A DNA stretch of 64,000 nt, from the sequence record PV261925.1; one strand, given 5' to 3'. The notes below the pieces were generated by a model, which did not search any database, was not told where the DNA came from, and saw nothing but the letters and a program-made list of their open reading frames with translations. This document shows positions 1 to 11,200 of the stretch, piece after piece. The first letter of the stretch is position 1. Each line of letters opens with the position of its first letter. Made by a program: the position numbers and the translations under genes.

Positions 1-195
1 CTTTACACCACTACCAGTGGATGCAGTACCTACTGACCAATATCTACCAGAACCAACGAATTGGTTCAATGCAGTAGTAGAATTTACACCAACATACAAA
101 TCATATGAATCGGTTGTAAAACCAGGCTCACCCGCACGAAGGGCAGGGAGGTTGGCTAATACACCTCTCTTAAACTGAATTACTGGTGCTGCCAC
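1..195 (-). CDS. Tail fibre / virion structural protein, N-terminal part only (runs off left edge)
   Basis: GTG at 193-195 after a GAAGGAGGG RBS; reads MAAPVIQFKRGVLANLPALRAGEPGFTTDSYDLYVG..., a typical IQFKRG...LRAGEPG phage fibre N-terminus; open to base 1; TAAATA at 240-245. Confidence 0.75.
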   Translation of the reverse strand, partial: MAAPVIQFKRGVLANLPALRAGEPGFTTDSYDLYVGVNSTTALNQFVGSGRYWSVGTASTGSGVK

Positions 196-239
196 GAGCT
201 ACCCTCCTTCTTCGTATAAAGATACACTTTTTATATTAT

Positions 240-245
240 TATTTA
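240..245 (-). promoter_or_regulatory. T4-type late promoter (TAAATA)
   Basis: Upstream of fibre gene; equivalent sites at 1163, 2616, 4993, 14431, 16119, 31623, 49014, 57944, 59249 all precede structural genes. Confidence 0.65.
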
Positions 246-248
246 GAT

Positions 249-488
249 TTAGAAAGACCCACCGTCATATGATCTTGTGGTGATTTTATCCACCTCAAGG
301 AGGGATTCAACTTGATCTATAAAAGAATCTTCTAAATCATTATCTTCAGCTGCTGATATTAAAATAGGTGAATTATTGATAATATCCCTCAATCTAAATC
401 TTCCTGCTGCTGCATCGTATTGAAGTACTGCAGGAATAGTCTTATCCTCTGGATTTAAATCATCAGTATCGATTACTCTTAATGGCAT
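249..488 (-). CDS. Small acidic hypothetical protein ending DGGSF
   Basis: 79 aa ORF coupled to upstream ORF; paralogous to the C-terminal part of 488..811. Confidence 0.7.
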   Translation of the reverse strand: MPLRVIDTDDLNPEDKTIPAVLQYDAAAGRFRLRDIINNSPILISAAEDNDLEDSFIDQVESLLEVDKITTRSYDGGSF

Positions 489-811
489 CAGAAGCCACCT
501 CCATCAATATCTCCACCCTCAATATTTCCAAGGTTTATTTCATCTTCAAGTTCTCTTATAAATGAATCCGCAATGTCACCATCTTCGGCTGCTCTTTCAA
601 GTAAGACATCTGCTGTAGTCAATTCAAACTTCTTAGTTATATTATTAAAGGTAACAAATAGACCATCTTTTGTATCATCAAGAACACCAAAACTGGTATC
701 ACCCATATCACCAAGAGTGGTGGGTTGTCTTACGTTTTTAACTAAAGTTTTGGTTGTTTGTTTTTTAGAGATACTTTTGGCACCAGAGGCACCTTTTCTT
801 ACAGTTGCCAT
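488..811 (-). CDS. Small hypothetical virion-associated protein ending DGGGF
   Basis: 107 aa ORF, stop/start overlaps with both neighbours; basic N-terminus, acidic C-terminus. Confidence 0.75.
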   Translation of the reverse strand: MATVRKGASGAKSISKKQTTKTLVKNVRQPTTLGDMGDTSFGVLDDTKDGLFVTFNNITKKFELTTADVLLERAAEDGDIADSFIRELEDEINLGNIEGGDIDGGGF

Positions 812-1146
812 TAGGTTGAAATACCAGCGGTTACCATAGCAGACCCCTCTACCATTCTTGAAACCGAACCACTACCAGATGTCAATACTACATCATAATA
901 ATATCTACCTGGTTTCAGATTTACGGTTTTGCCTGCTGTCATTGCAATTGAAACTTCACCAGTCAGTCCAACAATAGAGACAGAAAATGATTCGGATGAT
1001 GGTGAACCTGGATACTTTTTAATTTTAGATACACCAGAGAATCCGCTCAAATTAGAAGCACTTCCATCAGATTCAGTAGAAGTAAAACTTTCACTGAAGT
1101 CTGTGCCTTGAGCAATGACTATGTTGACAACAGGAGTAGCGGCCAT
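811..1146 (-). CDS. Conserved cyanophage virion structural protein
   Basis: 111 aa, NIVIAQGTDF...PGRYYYDVVL pattern typical of small beta-rich phage structural proteins; TAAATA at 1163-1168. Confidence 0.7.
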   Translation of the reverse strand: MAATPVVNIVIAQGTDFSESFTSTESDGSASNLSGFSGVSKIKKYPGSPSSESFSVSIVGLTGEVSIAMTAGKTVNLKPGRYYYDVVLTSGSGSVSRMVEGSAMVTAGIST

Positions 1147-1157
1147 CTCTTATTTTT

Positions 1158-1586
1158 TTAACTATTTAGATCTTTGTTGACGTTTTTCAACATTTTTTGC
1201 AAATCTGCTGTACTGCCAACAAAAAGTGCATTATTAGTTACAGAAGTAGGTCCCTTCTTATCTTCCTCATTTACATCTTTAAGTTTTTTCTGTAAATCCA
1301 TCAATTTATCAGTTGCGTCAGAGACATTCTTAATCAACTGACCTGCAACTTCATATGCACGAGGCATTTCACTCTCTTGAGCAAGTTCTAAGATACCGTT
1401 GATTGCTTCTTGTCCTTTTTCAATGATCGAATATAAATTACCCCTAGTATACTCGTAGTCTTTACGGATATCTTCGTTGGAGTTTTCAAATTTTGTGATT
1501 TGTCTTTCGACATCATCCTTCTTTTCTGTCTTAACTTCAATCGGTTCGACATCAAATGTTTCGTTGAGCTTTTCATACTTATCCAT
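1158..1586 (-). CDS. gp16: Terminase small subunit (T4 gp16-like)
   Basis: DYEYTRGNLYSIIEKGQEA...PRAYEVAGQLIK...TNNALFVGSTADLQKML; directly after gp15. Confidence 0.9.
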   Translation of the reverse strand: MDKYEKLNETFDVEPIEVKTEKKDDVERQITKFENSNEDIRKDYEYTRGNLYSIIEKGQEAINGILELAQESEMPRAYEVAGQLIKNVSDATDKLMDLQKKLKDVNEEDKKGPTSVTNNALFVGSTADLQKMLKNVNKDLNS

Positions 1587-1595
1587 GGGTTAACC

Positions 1596-2594
1596 TCAGA
1601 AGACATTACCATCAAACCCGAAATCGTCTCCAAGTTCTATCTGTACATTGTCATTGTTATTAATAGTGTACACCTTGGAACCAAGAACGTGGTTCTGAAG
1701 AGGAGACTTATCTTCAGCTCTCCTTACCACCAACTTATTGTCTGCTACGGTCTCAACATACATCTCTTCTTGGTCAATATAGATGTAAGAACCTTCTGGA
1801 ATTGCTGAACCATTTTCAACATCAATCACAGTTTCATTCATATCAACATTTTCAGCAAGTAATGTTGCTACTACACCATCATAATCTTTGATAGCTCTTG
1901 GTGTGACCTGATAAGTAACATCTCTCTCATACTTATTGGACTTGGATCCAGCAATGTATCCAACAGTAACCTTCTTAATGATATCGTTAGAGACATCCTT
2001 CAGAGGACCGAAGACATAGGTCTTTGCAGTAAATGTGAAAGTATAGAGTAGAGCTCTTCTTGTATCAAAGTTACCTTCATACTCATCAGTCATGTCAATG
2101 TTGTCAAGTACAACGGGGACATTCATAACTTCTTTGAAGTTACCTAAAAACTTGATAGGGAGAGTATAACCAGGTTGGAAATATGGAACAATCTGTTCAA
2201 CAATTTGAAGCATATCATCATTCAGTTTTGTATAAACTGAAAGAGTGATTGTCATATTATATGGTACTGGGAGATATGACTTCCTTTCTTCTGTACCATC
2301 AGCTGATGTTACAACAAACTGCTGTGTTTGAGTAGACTTTCTTGACGGATCGTATGCGAGATTCGTAAATTCAAATGACATCCTGGGAAGTGTCATTTGA
2401 ACTGGATGATTCAAATCAGGATTCTGTTTCAGTCTTGCCAAAAACTTCTGAGTTGGTCCATAAGCAAGAGGAACTTTGATAATACTCTGAGTATCATCAT
2501 TCTCATCCTTATGTTTGATTTGAATACCATTAAAAAGGGAACCAAATCCAATAATTACGGATCTAAAGATCTCGTTGTAAAAATACTCAAACAT
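1596..2594 (-). CDS. gp15: Tail sheath stabilizer / tail terminator (T4 gp15-like)
   Basis: YFYNEIFRSVIIGFGSLFN...VPLAYGP...LPRMSFE...YDPSRK...QIVEQIVPYFQP; order gp13-gp14-gp15-gp16. Confidence 0.93.
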   Translation of the reverse strand: MFEYFYNEIFRSVIIGFGSLFNGIQIKHKDENDDTQSIIKVPLAYGPTQKFLARLKQNPDLNHPVQMTLPRMSFEFTNLAYDPSRKSTQTQQFVVTSADGTEERKSYLPVPYNMTITLSVYTKLNDDMLQIVEQIVPYFQPGYTLPIKFLGNFKEVMNVPVVLDNIDMTDEYEGNFDTRRALLYTFTFTAKTYVFGPLKDVSNDIIKKVTVGYIAGSKSNKYERDVTYQVTPRAIKDYDGVVATLLAENVDMNETVIDVENGSAIPEGSYIYIDQEEMYVETVADNKLVVRRAEDKSPLQNHVLGSKVYTINNNDNVQIELGDDFGFDGNVF

Positions 2595-2618
2595 TATTTT
2601 GAAGCACTATACCTTTAT

Positions 2619-4088
2619 TTAGGGCATACCGAATGGATTACTTGATGAGAAGTCTATAATTACATCTGCTTCGGACTCAATTGTATCATTATCAGCATAA
2701 GGTGTGACTAAATCATCGGTATTATAACCACCAATCACGTACTTTGCACCCGACTCTTGACCTGTTAATACTTCACCAATCTGGAAGTATCCATCAACAA
2801 TACTGACTTCCATAATATCATTGACACCATCCCATTCCTTGACTCTTGCTGTTGTACTTGAGATAGAACCAGTTACAACTTCGTTAAAGATAAATGTTCC
2901 ACCAATAGACACTACATTAGATACTGCAGGACCAGATAATGTGACGATTGGGGTAGAATCATAACCCTCACCACCATCAATTACATATACTGCAGTTACG
3001 ATACCAGATGCACTGATCGTCGATACACCAACTGCCTGTCTAGACGGACGTGGGAATGCAGAATCAAATGTATAAGAGGTAGAATCGAATGTGTAGAATG
3101 AGGAATCCCAAAGAGGATAAGCACCTGAGGTATTACCAATAGTAACAGTTGGTGCTGCTGAATAACCAGACCCACCATCTGTAACTCTAATGGATTGAAT
3201 AGAACCTGCTGTAGAGATACCTGTTGTTGCTGCAAATCCAGTACCACCACCTCCATATACGGTAATCATAGGTGGTTCTGTATAACCACAACCAGCATTG
3301 GTTATCAGAATTGTTGGGATAACACCAGACTTACCCTTACAACCTGGATACTCATAGGATACTGACGCAATGCCTGTTGCAGTTACACCACCTGGAGGAG
3401 CTGAAGAGAAACCTACAACTGGTTGGGCAGTATATCCTCTACCCATATTAGAGATTGTAATCTCATTGACTGCACCAGATGCACACCAATCCGCTTCTGC
3501 AGTTGCAGTAGAACCGACACCAATCAGGTTGAGTGTTTGAATATAACCAATTTGTGCGATCTCATCATCAATATTATCGACACCAGTATCGATAACTTCA
3601 TCTTCATATCTGAAGAGTTCACATCTCAACTCATAGACATATGTCTTCTTGAGTTGATAGAAGGGTTGCTCATGTTCAACGAACTTAATCTCGAACAATC
3701 TATCTCCCAATGGGAAATAAATCAAATCACCTTCCTTGGGTCTAGAGGTCAATTCCATATTAGGAAGACCTTCAGTCAATGGTGCAATATAGTTCTCAAA
3801 TCTCTCTTTTGAGATAATTAATTGAAGATCATCTCTATTTTCAATACCAAATTTTGACAGGATAGACCCCTGTCCAGTATATCCTTCGTAGTTATCAATG
3901 TATGCTTCTAAAGGATATGCATTCTTGAATTCAGATTCAATGACCTCATGAATAATTGTATTTGTCGTGGCATATGTTCTTGGAAGATAATATACTTCCA
4001 CACCATACATCTGCAACTGTTCGTTGACAAGACTCTGGATTAGGTTTTGTTCGGATCTTGTACCGTTAAGAAAGAAGGGATTTAACAT
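2619..4088 (-). CDS. gp14: Neck protein (T4 gp14-like) with Gly/Thr-rich insertion
   Basis: EQNLIQSLVNEQLQMYG...RPKEGDLIYFPL...FEIKFVEHEQPFYQL; ends SSNPFG; central GGxGY repeats. Confidence 0.92.
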   Translation of the reverse strand: MLNPFFLNGTRSEQNLIQSLVNEQLQMYGVEVYYLPRTYATTNTIIHEVIESEFKNAYPLEAYIDNYEGYTGQGSILSKFGIENRDDLQLIISKERFENYIAPLTEGLPNMELTSRPKEGDLIYFPLGDRLFEIKFVEHEQPFYQLKKTYVYELRCELFRYEDEVIDTGVDNIDDEIAQIGYIQTLNLIGVGSTATAEADWCASGAVNEITISNMGRGYTAQPVVGFSSAPPGGVTATGIASVSYEYPGCKGKSGVIPTILITNAGCGYTEPPMITVYGGGGTGFAATTGISTAGSIQSIRVTDGGSGYSAAPTVTIGNTSGAYPLWDSSFYTFDSTSYTFDSAFPRPSRQAVGVSTISASGIVTAVYVIDGGEGYDSTPIVTLSGPAVSNVVSIGGTFIFNEVVTGSISSTTARVKEWDGVNDIMEVSIVDGYFQIGEVLTGQESGAKYVIGGYNTDDLVTPYADNDTIESEADVIIDFSSSNPFGMP

Positions 4089-4094
4089 GTGTCA

Positions 4095-4967
4095 TCACCC
4101 GATCATATCAAGAGGTGGTAACTCATATGTACTCATCATTCTTTCCTGAATCCTATCTAATTCTGCCTGTGCATCATCATATAGTTGTCTACCATTGAAC
4201 TCAATACCACCAGGTAGTTTTACACCCTGGAACTTAATCAAATTCTGACCCCACTGTCTCTTGATCAGTGCTGTCAGATATGGTTTAATGAATGAGTCGT
4301 TGTAAATTCTTGCATAATCATTGGGATCATTCATTGCCCAACAATCAAGAATTAAAAACTCCCCAGCATTGAGATCACTCCAGTCTACATCGATATACAA
4401 TCGATCAGTCCTTTGATTGAATCGAATTTGTTTATGTGTGTTTAGGATATAGTTAATCGTCTCAAGGTATCCCATTGTCATTGAGTATGACAACAGATCA
4501 AAACCACCAGCACCCCAACCATTCAATCCGATAAAATCATTCAACATATATTGGTATCTTACATTGAACATACCAGCACCCATTCCTGCAGGATATTGGT
4601 AGATCTTATTGACACCAATGATTGATGGAGGAATCTGAATATAATTACTGTTCTGATAGTAAGAGAAAGTGGTTGCAGTACCAGCAACACTCGCAGATGC
4701 TGTTATTGAAGTTATACCAGTAGTTCCATTTTCATTCTGAGGTGCACCAGGTGGTCTTGCTCTACCTCTTTTAATATCATCCTCAGTGAGTTCATACTTT
4801 AAATAAACTTTAGTGACACCATCAAAGTGTCTCTCCTGAAAATACTGAATGGCATCATCTACAAGGTCTTCAATCTGTTCATCTGCAACGTTGATCTCCA
4901 ATACTGGAGCACCCAATTGTCTTAAACAATAATCAATCAGTTCTTGTCTAGTACTAGGCTGTGCCAT
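4095..4967 (-). CDS. gp13: Neck protein (T4 gp13-like)
   Basis: TRQELIDYCLRQLGAPVLEINV...KRQWGQNLIKFQGVKLPGG...PPLDMIG. Confidence 0.93.
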   Translation of the reverse strand: MAQPSTRQELIDYCLRQLGAPVLEINVADEQIEDLVDDAIQYFQERHFDGVTKVYLKYELTEDDIKRGRARPPGAPQNENGTTGITSITASASVAGTATTFSYYQNSNYIQIPPSIIGVNKIYQYPAGMGAGMFNVRYQYMLNDFIGLNGWGAGGFDLLSYSMTMGYLETINYILNTHKQIRFNQRTDRLYIDVDWSDLNAGEFLILDCWAMNDPNDYARIYNDSFIKPYLTALIKRQWGQNLIKFQGVKLPGGIEFNGRQLYDDAQAELDRIQERMMSTYELPPLDMIG

Positions 4968-4991
4968 CTATAATGAGACCTACTTATATGT

Positions 4992-5225
4992 CTATTTATT
5001 TAATAAATCGGTGATAGTATTAAGCATATTCTTAATATCTGTCACGTCAGTTTTTAAATTACTTACCTCAGACTGAAGAGAGTCAAATTTCTTTTTATCC
5101 TCTCTCAGTTTTTCTCGATTTCTCACATAGGTTTCATAATCAATGTTGTTTGTGTTAACAATGGCCCCAGAATGGATGTCTCTATAATATCCATCCATTC
5201 CATCAACGGGAATCATATTGTCCAT
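4992..5225 (-). CDS. Conserved small coiled-coil hypothetical protein
   Basis: 77 aa, YYRDIHSGAIVN then coiled coil; usual position between VrlC-like gene and gp13. Confidence 0.8.
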   Translation of the reverse strand: MDNMIPVDGMDGYYRDIHSGAIVNTNNIDYETYVRNREKLREDKKKFDSLQSEVSNLKTDVTDIKNMLNTITDLLNK

Positions 5226-5226
5226 A

Positions 5227-8200
5227 TTATGCGAATGAAAGTACTCTCAGGTTTCTGATCATTGGTACAGTAGACTGATCTGTCGAAGTACCAATGATCT
5301 TAATTCTAAATGTCTTGAATGGTTTTACTTCATCAATAGTAAACTTGTACTCTTTATATTGATCTTGAGTTGGTTCTGGAACATAAGCATCAACCTTAGG
5401 AACTCTCTTATCGGGAGTACCATTGTTTGATGAAATGTCAAGAATAGCACCGTTAATATCAATATTCTTATAACCAGGGAAAGGAACAAAGATTGTCTCT
5501 TCTACTGGTACATCTTGATTAAGTGCATAGAATACTCTAATATCACTGTAGTTTGATACGTAACCATCAAGTAGAACTTGTAATGATGATGCTGGATTCT
5601 CAAGAGTTACATTCTTAGATACATATGTGAATCTGTTAGGATCATCTTCAGTACCATTAACTCTAAAGTCAGCAACATAATCTGTAACGGGGCGACTGAT
5701 TCTGTTCATTGTATAAACAACAGATGCATTATCCAGGTCAATGACAGGACTGATTCTAGAGTTTCCAGACAGTAAAGTGAATTGCATTTCGAATGACTTA
5801 TTACCAGCAAAGGTATCACCATTCAACAGATTACTTTCGTTTTGTGCCGAAGCAACCATTCTTTGACCATCAAAATAGTTCTTATCAAAGATTGTGACTT
5901 GTTTATATCCCTTGTCGAGATATGACTCCTGATTGCCAGATACACTCGAAGCAGAAATCGTTCTAACTTGTGAGATGAGGTTTGTGCCTTGTGGTGTAAT
6001 AGTGGTAACCTTAGGAGTAATCAAGTTATATGGTAAGTTGTAAGTACCCTTGACCAATGGTCCGCCTGCAAGTTTGTTTTCCTTGAAGTAGAGTGGTGGA
6101 AATCCTGCAGCATTAGCAGGTGCTCTATTCGTACCATTTGCATTCATCTGAACCTTGACATAATAGTAGTCAAGTCCAATAGGTGCTTCATCTAATTCAC
6201 TTGAAACTACATTTGCAAGTAGATGTGAAGTATTGATTCTTCTAAGAGATACACCATTCAACTCATACTTGTAGATAAGTTCACCAGAGGAGTGTGTTGC
6301 GATGGTTGTATTATCAATACCTCTTGTAACACCAGTCAGAGTTCTACCATTTACACCAGTGTAAGAAATAATCTCATCACCAATCTTCACATAACCTGGG
6401 TTGGTACCACCTACACCAAGATTTTCAAAGGTTTCAAAGTCTGTCGCCAAACCTTCGATTGTGATGAAGGTTGTGGTGTCAAAACCATATTCTTGTGAAA
6501 GAGTATTAGGAACAAGATCACTTCTAACGTCAGAGATTGTTACTCTGTTTACGTTAGAGTAGAGACCATGATTTCTCTGGAATACTCTGATGTAGTTACC
6601 CTGTTCAGTAACATTGATAGGCGATACAGGAATAACATTTCCACCAACATCATTAAGTTCAGTTGTAAATCCAACACTATTTTCATAATAAAGTGGGTAT
6701 GCAGAGTTGGTTGTAAAGTTACCCTGTACGTTATCAAGTACAAGTGTGTTATTACCGAGAAGTTCGTTGACAGAAAGTTGAATACCAGAACCTAGATTGA
6801 CACTTCCAACTTGTACAGGTGTCAATACATCACCAACAACATAACCAGTACCACCTGCTCTAACTACTGCTTCAGTTGCAACACCATTTTCAATTGTAAT
6901 ATCAGCGGTGGCGTTCACACCCTTACCAGTAACAGCAGTAAGTGCTACACCAGTGTAGGTGAAAGTTGCTGAAGAAGGTGTGTATCCAACACCAGCATTT
7001 GTAATCGTAAAGTTAGAAGTTACAGATCCTGCGAATGCAACCAGAGTACCTTGTGCTCCATTACCCAACTGTTTGACAGTTCTACCGACAACGAGACCAC
7101 TATCACTTACAGTTGTTCCAAGACCAACTCTGATTTCTCTTGAGTTGACTGTCAAACCATTAGGATCGATCTGTGCAAGATCTGATGGAAGTTCTGGGTT
7201 GTAGAATGAAACAGAACCCTGTGACTTGAAGTTTGCCACATAAAGATTGAACTTAAGATCCTCATACTGAGAAGGTGTCCACACAGAAGCATTCTGAGAC
7301 TTAAAGAGAGAACCAAGAAGTGGTTGCTCGGTAACCAGAATCTGACCTGCTTCTTGTCCCAATGTTGTTACATCAGCCTCACCAAGTCTACTAATCCAAA
7401 CTCTGTATTCTGTAGAATGTGAGAGAAGAACCATTGCGTATTCTTTCTCAGGGTTCAGATAAACTGGAGCATCAAGTGTAATAGTTGTTGCTACAGTACC
7501 ATCATCACTGAGGTTTACATCTTTAGGATCTACACTCTTGAATGAGAAAGGAAGAACTTTGTCGGTTGGGGTACCAAGATTAGTCTCTCTAATTTCGAAG
7601 AGAACAGGAATATTTTCATCCTTAGTTACAAAGAACAAATCAACTTTAGTGATGAATACCCCAGTTGGATCATCAACTAAGAACGTTTGTGCAAGTGGGT
7701 CAATGCGTGGTGGAATGACACGTACAGATGTAGTAGATGTGGATTGTGTATCGGTGTTTGTATCTGTAATTGTAATCGTATTTGATGTTGCTGTATCTCC
7801 GATATTTCTTCTCTGAGTTAGATCAGCTCTTCTTACTGTTGCATTTCTAACAGAGAGAGTTGTTTCTTGAGTCGTATCAACATCACCTTGTGAATAGAAG
7901 ATTGATTCACCAGCAGTTGATACAAGTCCTTCAATTGTACTGTTAGTTCTACTACTGGTGAGTCTGAAACTTGATCTACCAGTTTCAAAGATTGGGTTTG
8001 CGGGATTGTTAGGACTTGGGACAAAGTATGATGCTTGGAGTGTACCCACTCTATCAGTAATAAGTCTTACATTAGAAACCCTAGCCTGTGCACCACTAGA
8101 TGCTCCAGTCAGGATCATTGATCTAGAAATCCATCCACTAAATTGTGGGAAGTCTTGTGACTGAAGACTAAATGTATCAATGTTCAGAATCGTTGATGAT

Positions 8201-11200
8201 GCAGAGTAGATAGCTGGAATTGAAATATCCCTATTGTATGGATTACTATCATATACATCTGTCGGACTATTGAATGGTCCATACTTATGGTTGGTTGTGG
8301 CAACTCTAAAGTCAATCGTAGGGATTGTAGAACCATTGGTGACCTGAGAACCACCATCATCCATTCTACCTCTTACTGTCTCACCAACGACAAATGTTCC
8401 ATGAATCATCTCAATTTCAATGAGTTTTGGTGTCACATAGTTGTTAACATCAACATCATCAAAGAATGAATAGACTCTTGTAAATGGTTTGAATGATGTT
8501 GCAGTTACATCAATATTACGAGATCTCATAAAGTTGATGATCTCTCTTCTTACAACTCTACTACCAAGAGATTCTGTATCAATTCTCTCATTAACAAAGA
8601 ACTGTCTTCCAGTTCTATTCTGTGAAAGATTGACAGACGTTGTTGCTCTTATATTATTGTCTGTAGTTGTTGTATTTGTTCTCTGAGTTGTTGTATTTGT
8701 AGTTCTTACTTGACCCGTTCTTCTTGAACCTTGAGTATTAGTATTGGATGTTTGTCTTGTTGTAGAACTTGTCTGAGTTGATTGATTGTTTGACAATGAG
8801 GTGTTTACATCTACACCAACAGTCTGCCAAGAATTCCAAATAACAGGAGAAACACCTGCTCTTGAACCATCTCTTCTTGTTCTAATATCTGCACCCAGAG
8901 CTTCAGCAACACCTCTGAACGAACCCTCCATCATTACATCATTGACTTCAAGTTCGTTTACATCAATCCAAACGTCAACTTCGGGAGTAAGTTCAATATT
9001 ACCTTGCCAGAACTGAACCAGATATGGAGTTACATTTTCAGCTCTTGTTGCAAATGGTTGTTGTAACCAAGTTTCATCAGTATAATCAAGAGTCAGGATT
9101 CTACCACTCTTCTTGACATTTGCACCAACAACTTCTGCAAAGTTTGAATCTTGATTTGCGTCAGATGTAGTACCAATACCAGTTACTGCAGTTGTTCCCA
9201 GTTGAAGATTGAGTGCAGTAGTGTAGTGAGATGGTCTAAGAACACCTCTCTCAGTGTCAATACTGTTTCTGATACCAATACTTGTATCTTGAGGTTCAAG
9301 AGTTGTGAAGTTATCTACAAAGATACCAGACTTGAATCTGTTGTTTCCATTTGCGTCTTCAACGAAGAGATTGAGTGTATTCGTCTCAAGTTGATTTAAT
9401 GAAGTATAATACTCAAGATTCTTGATTCTCTGTTCAAGTTTAGAGATATCACTCATTTGATATCTCTTATGTTCAATAAACTTAATTTCAGCGTCTGTAG
9501 TGTCGAAAAGATATGCTGGGAGGAATACATTAGCAATATTCATCACACCACTCAGACTATCTGGAAGTCTAGGATCATCGTCTGGTGCACCTTCAAGAAC
9601 ACTAAGAATACCTTCTTTATCGATGAAGACTCTATCTGCTCTTGGTAAGTAATAGTCATATGTCACCGTCAGTGACTCGTCAGAAGCAATGATGTGACTT
9701 GATGATTGGAGATTACCATTCTGACCATCAGCAAAGTTTCTACCATCAAACTCAAATGGTGACCTTACATTTTCAGCAACCACATAATCAGTGAGTCGTG
9801 GTCTTACATCAATAATATCAGATACTCTTACATCTTGGACTCCTCCAATTTCTGTTCCATAATTATACCCAACATAAGAGTTGATAGTTGTAATATCACC
9901 CTCGTCTGCATTATCATAAGAAGATGATGCAAAGTATACACGAAGTTTTCTAGCAGGAATCTGTGCTTCTCCTCTTCTCTCAATTCTAGAGTAATCGTAG
10001 AATGTTCCTCTTTGACCATTGAAGAATTTAAAGTCAGTAGTAACTTCTTTAGAACCCAGTTTTACATTTGATGAGACACCATTAACTGTTGAAGACTCAA
10101 AACTAATTACTTCTGAATTCTGGAATGTTGTGTCATTCAAATATGTGAAGTAAATCGCAGTATCATCAAGTTTCTGGAGATAAATTGCTTTTGCACCACT
10201 GGTTTGACCTGTGAGAATTTCTCCAATAATCAGGTCATTTGTCGTAGCAGTAATACCATCAAGTTGTGATAATGTCATGTTAGGACATACTGGATCAGAA
10301 TTGTCATCTGACTCAAAGATGCCGTAGATCTTATAGACATCAACAGTATTCAGTGAGATTACTTCATCCTGAACTCTTGTACCATAAGGATAGTTACCAG
10401 TTGTTAAACCATCATCTAATGTAGTTGAACCAATACCAGATGCAGCCCTACTAGACTTATTGATAATCAAATCTTGGGACACGTTCTTCAGTTTTGTTTT
10501 TGAAGTAACGTCAGTCTTTCTGATTGTAGTAATCAGTTTGGTATTGGTATCATTAGAACCAAGACCATTGATTTGAAGTGACTTTGAACCATTCGTAAAT
10601 TCAAATCTATCTTCAGTCAGAACTTCAGTAGAACCATCAGATCTAATCAGAGTATATCTCTCCTCATCAAATGGTAAGAATACTTCCTTATCCTCAGTAT
10701 TAATGATAGGAGTAGAATTATTAGTAATGGAAGTTGTATATTGTCTTCTAATTACTAATTCAGACCCAATAAGATTTACTGATGAGATATTGGTCTTAGG
10801 GAAAGCACTGTAAAGAGTGTCATTATTGGCCAAATTACCTGAACCAGGACCACCAACCCCTTTGGTGGAGAGGAGTTCAAAGTTCTGAATAGTCTCTACA
10901 CTGGTTGGAAGAGCACCATTACAAATACCAGAAACAGTAGTTACGGCTTCAACAGTAATATTAGTCTGACCAACACCTGTTACTCTTGCAAAACTTGCTA
11001 CATCTAAAGTTGGTCTAGAATATCTTACAATATTACCAACAGTAACGATGCCAACGAACGAAAAACCAGGATCTGCAGGAATTGAAATCAGTGATGTGCT
11101 ACCAGATTCTGCAGAAATATTTGCTGAACCAAAATTACGAACTCGTGACTGAATAGTATCTCCAGTAAAGGTTGCAGCAGTTCCAACTACACCAAATACT

